DNA of 64,000 nt, taken from contig JANJGN010000016.1 of NCBI GenBank assembly GCA_026770705.1, forward strand, positions 86,242,001 through 86,306,000. Direction: 5' to 3'. Under the pieces are notes generated by a model. That model was given only the letters and a program-made list of their open reading frames with translations. It ran no database searches and was not told the DNA's origin. This document shows, piece by piece, positions 56,772-64,000 of this stretch. The DNA comes from Isurus oxyrinchus. Lineage: Eukaryota. Every line of letters starts with the position of its first letter. The stretch's first letter is position 1. Both the position numbers and the translations under genes were made by a program.

Positions 56772-56806
56772 TCAGTCTGAGTTTGGTTCCTTTACCGAAC
56801 GTAACC
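56772..56806 (-). CDS. IGKJ: Immunoglobulin kappa-type (NS4/type III-like) light-chain J segment, VTFGKGTKLRL(S)
   Basis: G GTT ACG TTC GGT AAA GGA ACC AAA CTC AGA CTG A|GTAAGT: FGxG motif, phase-1 consensus donor at 56771, preceded by a 23-RSS. Confidence 0.97.
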
Positions 56807-56845
56807 CACACTGAGATCTTCCAGTGCAGGGGCTGTACAAAAACC
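56807..56845 (-). other. J recombination signal sequence, 23-bp spacer
   Basis: Read on +: heptamer CACACTG 56807-56813, 23-bp spacer 56814-56836, consensus nonamer ACAAAAACC 56837-56845. Confidence 0.97.
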
Positions 56846-56865
56846 TCAGCTCTCTGCTTCACTCA

Positions 56866-57270
56866 GTCACTCTCACCCTCTCTCTGTCTCTCACTCACAC
56901 TCACCTTTAACTCACTCTCACCCTCTGTCTCTCACTCACACTCATCTTTAACTCACTCTCACCCTCTCTCTGTCTCTCACTCACACTCACCTTTAACTCA
57001 CTCTCACCCTCTCTCTGTCTCTCACTCACACTCACCTTTAACTCACTCTCACCCTCTCTCTGTCTCTCACTCACACTCACCTTTAACTCACTCTCACCCT
57101 CTCTCTGTCTCTCACTCACACTCACCTTTAACTCACTCTCACCCTCTGTCTCTCACTCACACTCACCTTTAACTCACTCTCATCCTCTCTCTGTCTCTCA
57201 CTCACACTCACCTTTAACTCACTCTCACCCTCTCTCTGTCTCTCACTCACACTCACCTTTAACACTCTCT
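56866..57270. repeat. 45-bp minisatellite (CTCACTCTCACCCTCTCTCTGTCTCTCACTCACACTCACCTTTAA), ~9 copies, in the V-J interval
   Basis: TTTAA marker recurs every 45 bp (41 bp in two units). Confidence 0.95.
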
Positions 57271-57392
57271 CTTTCCCTCTCTCTTCCTCTCAATGCCTTT
57301 TTTTTGTTGGGAGAATTGAGAATCCCAATTTTATATGATAAATCTTTCAGCTGCTCTTCATATGTGGACATGTAGGGTAAGAGGTAAAGTGA

Positions 57393-58060
57393 CCATTATT
57401 ATATATTCTATATAACTGTGGGATGTCAGTACAGGAGGTGGGACAGTGTGTCCATTATTATATATTCTATATAACTGTGGGATGTATCAGTACAGGAGGT
57501 GGGACTGTGTGTCCATTATTCTATATTCTATATAACTGTGGGATGTGTCAGTACAGGAGGTGGGACAGTGTGTCCATTATTATATTTTCTATATAACTGT
57601 GGGATGTGTCAGTACAGGAGGTGATGGTGTGTGTCCATTATTATAAATTCTATATAACTGTGGGATGTGTCAGTACAGGAGGTGGGACTGTGTGTCCATT
57701 ATTATATATTCTGTATAACTGTGGGATGTGTCACTACAGGAGGTGGGACTGTGTGTCCATTATTATATATTCTATATAACTGTGGGATGTGTCACTACAG
57801 GAAGTGGGTCTGTGTGTCCATTATTATATATTCTATATAACTGTGGGATGTATCAGTACAGGAGGTGGGACGGTGTGTCCGTTATTATATATTCTATATA
57901 ACTGTGGGATGTGTCAGTTAGGAGGTGGGACGGTGTGTCCATTATTATATATTCTATATAACTGTGGGATGTGTCAGTACAGGAGGTGGGACAGTGTGTC
58001 CATTATTATTTATTCTATATAACTGTGGGATGTGTCAGTACAGGAGATGGTGCTGTGTGT
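57393..58060. repeat. 61-bp minisatellite in the V-J interval, ~11 copies, abutting the V RSS
   Basis: Unit GGATGTGTCAGTACAGGAGGTGGGACAGTGTGTCCATTATTATATATTCTATATAACTGTG; 11 AACTGTG ends between 57414 and 58027. Confidence 0.96.
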
Positions 58061-58065
58061 ATTGA

Positions 58066-58093
58066 GGTTTTTGTCAGGCTCTGTATCACTGTG
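58066..58093 (-). other. V recombination signal sequence, 12-bp spacer
   Basis: CACAGTG (58093-58087), ATACAGAGCCTG, ACAAAAACC (58074-58066): full consensus. V12/J23 is the kappa-type configuration. Confidence 0.98.
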
Positions 58094-58391
58094 TACTGGT
58101 AGCTGTAATCTTGCTGACAGTAATAATCAGCGACATCCTCATTCTGTACATTGCTGATTGTCAGGGTGAATTGAGTGCCAGATCCACTGCCGGTGAATCG
58201 CTCGGATGTTCCTGTGAATTGGTTTGTTGCCCCATAGATCAGGAGAGTCGGTTTCTGTCCTTCTCGCTGCTGGTACCAATTCACATAGCCGCTGCTAACA
58301 GACTGACTGGCCGTACAGGTGATGGTGGCGGTCTGGCCCAGGCTCACTGACACCAGGGGAGGCTGTTTCATGGTGATGTCCCCACTGATAC
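58094..58391 (-). CDS. IGKV: Immunoglobulin kappa-type (NS4/type III-like) light-chain V exon, unrearranged, open frame
   Basis: Acceptor ...tattacccctcag|GT ATC AGT GGG, then [95 protein letters not shown]; both Cys, the Trp and DxAxYYC are intact. Confidence 0.97.
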
Positions 58392-58577
58392 CTGAGGGGT
58401 AATAGAGAAACAGAGTGAAGTAAGAACTGTCACACAAAGAGCCTGTAAAATGAGATATTGTTAGAGACAGTGACCGTTCCTCTGCTTTCAGCATTTTCCC
58501 TTCAATCACAAGTCAGTCGAATTGGATGGAAATGGAGAGCAGGAAAATATTCACGGTGGAAGGAGAGAGATTTGTAC

Positions 58578-58626
58578 CTGCGATGCAGAATGCCAGAGGC
58601 CAGATCAGCTGGATGGCTGAAATCAT
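58578..58626 (-). CDS. IGKV: Leader (signal peptide) exon of the light-chain V gene, MISAIQLIWPLAFCIA(G)
   Basis: ATG at 58626 in context CACCATGA; 49 nt; phase-1 donor G|gtacaa; 186-bp intron splices in frame to the V exon. Confidence 0.93.
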
Positions 58627-58686
58627 GGTGTCTGCTCCTGTCCCTGTGCCTGGTCACTGATAAACTCTCCCTTCACTGGGCTCAGC

Positions 58687-58785
58687 TTTATACAGCTGCA
58701 GCCTGTCAGAGTCTCACTGGCTGTTCCTCAGTATGTAAATGGTATCACCCAGAGAGAACCACGTCAGCACCTTTCACTTCCTCTT
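58687..58785 (-). promoter_or_regulatory. V gene promoter: TATA box, E-box, ETS site, variant octamer, UPRE/CRE-like site, ETS-IRF composite element
   Basis: Sense strand: TATAAA 58692-58687; CAGCTG 58693-58698; GAGGAA ~58729-58724; ATTTACAT 58740-58733 (7/8 to ATTTGCAT); TGACGTGG 58766-58759; AAGAGGAAGTGAAAG 58785-58771. Confidence 0.8.
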
Positions 58786-59048
58786 CAACTCTCTCCCTCC
58801 CTCTCTCAGTATCTGTCCATCACTCTCTGTCTCTCTCTCCCTCTCTCTGTCCATCACACTCTGTCTCTCTCTTCCTCTCGTTCTGCCTGTCTCCTTGTCT
58901 TGTTCTTTTTGTCTCACTCTCCTTGTTTGCTCTCTCTCTCCCTCCCCTTCTCTTCCTTTCCCTCTCTCTCCCTCTCACTCTTTCTCTCTCTTTCTCCCTC
59001 ACTTTCTGTCTCTCTTTCTTTGTCCCTCCACCTACTCATTTTTCTCTT
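58786..59048. repeat. CT-rich simple repeat upstream of the promoter
   Basis: Polypyrimidine (CT/CTGT)n tract. Confidence 0.85.
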
Positions 59049-59051
59049 GCG

Positions 59052-60052
59052 TAAGAAGTGGGGTCAACCTCCTGGAATCCAATCTATCAAATCCCTTCAG
59101 GATTTTATATGTTTTAATAAGATCCCCTCTCATTCTTCTCCATTGCACTGACTGGAGTCCCAACCTGTCCAACGTTCCTTCATGAAATAAACCCCTCATC
59201 CCAGGAGTGAGCCGAATGAACCTTCTCTCAACTGCTTCAAACGCAATTATATCCTTTTTCAAATAAGGAGACCAAAACTGTACACACTGCTCCAGATGTG
59301 GTCTCACCAACGTCCCTGTACAGCTGCAGTAAAACTTCCTTATGTTTATATTCCATTCCCCTTGCAACAAACTCCAACATTCCATGTGCCTTCCGAATCA
59401 CTTGCTGCATCTGCAAACCAACTTTTTGTGATTCATGCACCAGGACACCCAGATCCCTCTGGATCGCAGAGTTCTGCAGGATCTCGCTCCATTTAAATAA
59501 TATCCTGCTTTTGTATTCTTCCTGCCTAGTTCACATTTTCACACAATACGCTCCATCTGACAAATTGTTGTCCTCTCACTTAACCTGTCCATATCCCTTT
59601 GCAGACTCCCTACCTCCTCTTAACAAATTACATTCCTACCCATCTTGATGAGATCGACACATTTAGCTACCTTACAGGCCGCTCCGTGCCTCAGGGAGCT
59701 TTTCCTGTGCACACTCGCACTCATGCACAAAGCTCTCCGCTTACCCCCCTCCCTCCCACCCCCGACACAGGCAGCGCTGAGCGCTGTAGCACGTGGTTCA
59801 CGCTGGGAGGGCTTTAATTGGCTCGCCAGTGTGAAATCCCTCTCAGGCTCCAATCACCGGCAGTGGTCGGCTTCCTGAACGCCCACTCTCACCCCCACCG
59901 AGTTCACCCGACGAGAGCAAAATCCTGGCCCATGAGCTCTCATCTTATGCAGCAATGTTTGATGTGTCACCTTATCAAATGCATTTAAAAATTCCGTGTA
60001 CACCACATCTACAGTTTCCCCTTTATCCACCTTGCTTGTGACTTACTCAAAG
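59052..60052 (-). mobile_element. CR1 ORF2 fragments (RT to C-terminus), interrupted by an insert
   Basis: TLVRPHLEQCVQFWSPYLKKDIIAFEAVERRFIRL...RRMRGDLIKTYKILKGFDR; a degenerate VDVVYxxFxxAFDKV piece lies at 59935-60052. Confidence 0.9.
59657..59931. mobile_element. Possible non-autonomous DNA transposon (PIF/Harbinger-like MITE) remnant
   Basis: GC-rich insert within the CR1, ending AAAATCCTGGCCC, resembling a Harbinger-type terminus; no matching left terminus seen. Confidence 0.4.
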
Positions 60053-60112
60053 GTGGACAATCACACATTGACAACAAGGAACTGTCCCACACATCAACCA
60101 TGGTGTCCATGT

Positions 60113-60567
60113 CCCACTGGACCCTCCAATAGAGACCAGTAAACATAGGCCTCCTTCTCACTGGACTCTCCAATAGAGACCAGTAAACATGGGCCTCCTT
60201 CCCACTGGACTCTCCAATAGAGACCAGTAAACATGGGCCTCCTTCCCACTGGACTCTCCAATAGAGACCAGTAAACATAGGCCTCCTTCCCACTGGAGCC
60301 TCCAATAGGGACCAGTAAACATGGGCCTCCTTCCCACTGGAGCCTCCAATAGGGACCAGTAAACATGGGCCTCCTTCCCACTGGAGCCTCCAATAGGGAC
60401 CAGTAAACATGGGCCTCCTTCCCACTGGAGCCTCCAATAGAGACCAGTAAACATGGGCCTCCTTCCCACTGGACCCTCCAATAGGGACCAGTAAACATGG
60501 GCCTCCTTCCCATTGGAGCCTCCAATAGGGACCAGTAAACATGGGCCTCCTTCCCATTGGGCCTCCA
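60113..60567. repeat. 44-bp minisatellite (CCCACTGGAGCCTCCAATAGGGACCAGTAAACATGGGCCTCCTT), ~10 copies
   Basis: 44-bp period read directly; explains the three overlapping minus-strand ORFs. Confidence 0.96.
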
Positions 60568-61210
60568 GTATCTGAGCTTCAAACTCCACATCTCTCCATC
60601 CCGTAAGCCTCTCATTTCCATCTCCACAACATTGTCCGTCTCTACACTACATCAGCCCCTTGACCACAGAAACCCTTATCCCTGTTTGTCTCGCCTCCTG
60701 ATTCCATTATTCCGATGTCCTCTCCCGGCTTCCTTCATCCACGCTCCATAAACCCTAACTGTCTGAAATGCAGCATTCCATACCCTGGGCCACATGAAGT
60801 GTTGTTCCTACATTATCCCTGACCTCACTGACCTGTAACCCCTGACATCACTGCCCTCCAATTCCCTCCATGGTCTCGCTCCTCCCTACCTCTGTGTTCT
60901 GCTGCAGACTCACATTCCCTCCCTCACCCTTCCACCTTCTGACTCTGCTCTCCTGCCCATCGCTGCTTCATTCATCCCAACATTGACAGCAGAGCCTTCA
61001 GACACCTAGGCCCAGCTCCCTGAATTCCTGCCTTAATCCCTCCCCCTCTCCAGGCTTCTCTCTCCTCCATCAAACTCCATCCTTTCACCCAAGACTTCGA
61101 TCCCTCTTCCTGAAGTCCCACCATCCCCTCCCCCGTTCCTCTTACTGCAGCTCTCTGAAACCTCTTGGGATGTTTTTTATGTTAAGGCGCTATAAAAATT
61201 CACGTTGTCG
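60568..61210 (+). mobile_element. Old L2 LINE 3' portion
   Basis: Degenerate L2 C-terminal region (GCAGAGCCTTCAG...GGCCC...TGAATTCC) ending in an L2 tail TTGGGATGTTTTTTATGTTAAGGCGCTATAAAAAT. Confidence 0.7.
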
Positions 61211-61214
61211 ATGA

Positions 61215-62133
61215 GAGAATTATGCTCAGTGGTGATGGCTCCTGCAGTCAAATATCCTGCTATCAGGTCGAGGCTTCAACACACCGAGCAGCTCTTAGTG
61301 ATGCACGTTGAAGTCCTCCACACTGAGTACATTCTGTGCCTTTGCCACTCTCAGTCCTCCCTCCAAGTGATGTTCAACATGGAGGGGCACTGCTTCACCA
61401 GCTGAGGGAGGGCAGTACGTGGTAATCAGCAGGAGGTTTCCTTGCCCATGTTTGACCTGATGCCATGTGACTTCATGGGGTTGGGTGTTGATGTTGATAA
61501 CTCCCAGGGCAACTCCCTCCTGACTGTATACCACTGTGTCACCACCTGTGCTGGGCCTGTCCTGCTGGTGGGATGGTGATGGTGGTGTCTGGGACATTAT
61601 CTGTAAGGTATGATTCCGTGAGGATGACTCTGTCAGGCTGTTGCTTGACTAGTCTGTGAGACAGCTCTCCCAATTTTGGCACTAGTCCCTAGATGTCAGT
61701 CAGGAGGACTTTGCAGGGTGGACAGGGCTGAGTTTGCTGTTGTCGTTTCCAGTGTCTCGATCAATGGTGGGTGGTCCGTCTGCTTTCATTCCTTTTAGAC
61801 CTCATAGCAGTTTGGTACAAATGGGAGGACATTTCAGAGGCAGTGAAGAGTCAACCACATTGCTGTGGGTCTGGAGTCACATGTAGGCCAGACCAGGTAA
61901 GGACAGCAGATTTCCTTCCCTAAAGGACATGAGTGAACCAGATGGGTTTTTACATCAATCGACAATGGTTTCATGGTCACCGTGACTGAGACTAAATTAT
62001 GATTCTGGATGTATTAATTGAATTTAAATTCCACCAGCTGCCGGGGTGGGATTTGAAAGTGTGACCCCAGAGTGTTACCCTGGGCCTCTGGATTACTGGT
62101 CCAGTAACATTGCCACTACCCCACAGCCTCCCC
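61215..62133 (-). mobile_element. 5' portion of a non-LTR retrotransposon: tRNA-like head, SINE-like body, APE endonuclease N-terminus
   Basis: A-box-like TGGGGTAGTGG (62123-62113), B-box-like TTTCAAATCC (62058-62049); then GLVPKLGELSHRLVKQQPDRVILTESYL...DR...GG...TTYCPPS...EDFNVHH. Confidence 0.8.
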
Positions 62134-62309
62134 CGTGTTGTGCTCCCGAGTTCCATCGAAATGTATCCCAGCATGAAGTGTCCCTCAGGAGGGGAGTGGG
62201 AAGGTTTGGAGTTCTGAGCTCCATTTCCCACCCCGGGCATTTTGTCTTCCAATGAATGAATGAGATGCCAATTTCGAGCCCAGGTTAGGGACAGTCTCGA
62301 GCTGTGGAC

Positions 62310-62452
62310 CCAGGTCTACAAGAGGGAATTGGAGATCTACCTGAAAAGGAAAGATTTGCTGGGTTATGGGGACAGAGAGGGGGAGTGGGTCTCACTGGGT
62401 AACTCACAGGCAGGATGGGCTGAATGGCCTCCTTCTGTGCTGTAAGATTCTA
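62310..62452 (+). mobile_element. CR1 3' terminus
   Basis: YKRELEIYLKRKDLLGYG followed by the tail GATGGGCTGAATGGCCTCCTTCTGTGCTGTAAGATTCTA. Confidence 0.8.
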
Positions 62453-62694
62453 GGTAGTGGACACGGTTCACAGTTTTCTCCCGTGTCAGTAACAAACATC
62501 CAGCTGCTCTGAGCTCCTTCTTTCACTTCCTCTCTTGGTTACGTTTCAGTCTTGCGATCGGACAATCTTTGCAGTTATTTTTTACACTGGGGGTTTCTGC
62601 TGTGGTCTGAATCTGTAATAATAACTGTCCGATCAGTGAAAAGAACAGCAGCTAAGAGCAGTCAGGACTGAGGAGGCAGGCTCACTGGGAAACA

Positions 62695-63400
62695 CATTGG
62701 GAAGATCAAAGCCATCGTCTTCAGCTCCCGATACAAACTCCATCCCTCTCCCTGAGCACTGTCTGCTGCTGAACCAGACTCTTCACAACCTTGGCCTCAT
62801 CTTTCTGCTCCTCCACAGCTGCCAGCATCTCACCATTTACAAATTACTCTGATCCATCTTTCTTCGGTCCAAAGTGGATGATTTCACACTCCCCACGTTG
62901 ATCTCCATCTGCCATTGTCTTCAGTCCCCATCACAAACTCTGTTCCCTCATCACCGATTCCATCCCTCTCCCTGGGTCTGTCTGACACTGAACCACACAG
63001 TTCACAGCCATGGTGTCGAGTTTGACCCTGAGATGAGCTTCTGACCACATCATCCGCTCCATCACTAAGAGAGCCTATTTCCACCTCGGTAACATCGCCC
63101 GAGTCCGGCCTGCCTCAGACCATCTGCTGCTGAGAATCTCCTCCATGTCTTTGTTCCCTGAAACGTGACGATTCCAATGCTGCCCTGGCCGGAGTCACAC
63201 CTTCCACACTCGGTAAACATGAGCTCATCCCAAACTCTGCTGCCCGGATCTGAACTCACACCAAGTCCCGTTCACCCATCACCCCCTGTGCTCACTGACC
63301 TCCCAGCCCAGCAATGTCTCGATTTTAAAATTCTCATCCTTGTTCTCAAATCCCTCTCAGTCCTCGACACTCCCCATCTCTGTAACCTCCTCCAAGCCGC
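62695..63400 (+). mobile_element. Degenerate L2 ORF2 fragments with a short inverted CR1 piece (~62820-62910)
   Basis: HIIRSITKRAYFHLGNIAR-like and DFKILILVLKSL motifs. Confidence 0.65.
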
Positions 63401-63404
63401 CTAA

Positions 63405-63880
63405 CTTAGTGTCGGCAGCAATCTTGGATATATGGCTCTCTATTTCTTCATCCAAATCATTGATAAATATTGTGAAAAGCTGAGGCTCCAGCACAGATCC
63501 CTGGGGACATCACTATTCACATCTTGCTCATTGGAGCACATACACATTATCCCTACTCTCTGTCTCCTGCCTCCTAACCAGTTCCTCATCCATGGCAACA
63601 GGTTTCCTCAAATTCCATCTGCTTCCATTTTTATTCACAGTCTCTCATGTTGAACCTTCTCGAATGTCTTCTGGAAATCCATATCAATCACTTCCATATA
63701 CATTCCCGAATCTACCACATTAGTGACCTCCTTAAAAAATGTAACCAGGTTAGTTAAAGATGTCTGATCCTTTTTAAATCCATGCTGACTCTCTCTGATC
63801 AGTTCATATTTATCACTCACTCTGTCTCTAATAACAGGTTCCAGTCACTTCCCCATTACAGACATTAAACTGAGAGGTTA
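63405..63880 (-). mobile_element. CR1 reverse-transcriptase fragment
   Basis: LIRESQHGFKKDQTSLTNLVTFFKEVTNVVDSG...DMDFQKTFEKVQHERL, then VPQGSVL and ADT motifs. Confidence 0.9.
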
Positions 63881-63894
63881 GTTCTGAATGATCC

Positions 63895-63945
63895 GAGTGC
63901 ACAGCTAGCACAGACACAAGGGGCTGAATGGCCTCCTCCTGTGCT
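63895..63945 (+). mobile_element. Short CR1/SINE 3' tail
   Basis: AGCTAGCACAGACACAAGGGGCTGAATGGCCTCCTCCTGTGCT resembles the tail at 62410-62452. Confidence 0.55.
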
Positions 63946-64000
63946 AGAGGCTTATCAGGCTCCTTGACTGAAACATATGGATGGGAACAGGAGGTGGGCT

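Noticed and set aside
58015-58509. 164-aa ORF as the V protein
   Set aside because: Its N-terminus is intron and its C-terminus reads through the RSS; the real structure is leader 58578-58626 plus V exon 58094-58391.
60009-60627. Three overlapping repetitive ORFs
   Set aside because: Products of the 44-bp minisatellite.

Overview
Vertebrate genomic DNA, almost certainly from a cartilaginous fish (shark-type CR1, L2 and Penelope elements, a Deu-domain SINE, and a shark-type immunoglobulin cluster); the species cannot be determined from the sequence. The only host gene is an unrearranged kappa-type (nurse-shark NS4 / type III-like) immunoglobulin light-chain cluster on the minus strand: promoter (~58687-58785), leader exon (58578-58626), V exon (58094-58391) with a consensus 12-bp RSS, and one J (56772-56806) with a 23-bp RSS. 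I found no constant exon in the window. Downstream of J lie two large degenerate tandem arrays (13225-53200, ~24-bp unit; 1-9170, 28-bp unit), both G-rich on the Ig sense strand. The remainder is retroelement fragments and minisatellites, and nearly all listed ORFs are repeat artefacts. Main observations: (1) a switch-region-like 40-kb array rich in G-runs and AID hotspots downstream of J; (2) a V-J minisatellite whose terminal, in-register unit is the V RSS itself; (3) a 9-kb array of consensus U1-binding splice donors on the Ig sense strand; (4) a 90/91-bp identical tract between two otherwise diverged inverted CR1 copies bracketing L-V-J; (5) a PU.1-IRF composite site in the V promoter; (6) an in-frame TAG at the untrimmed V-J join; (7) Penelope-borne hammerhead ribozyme motifs. 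Everything was read by eye: Ig coordinates were counted base by base, while repeat and transposon boundaries are approximate and family names come from recalled consensus sequences.
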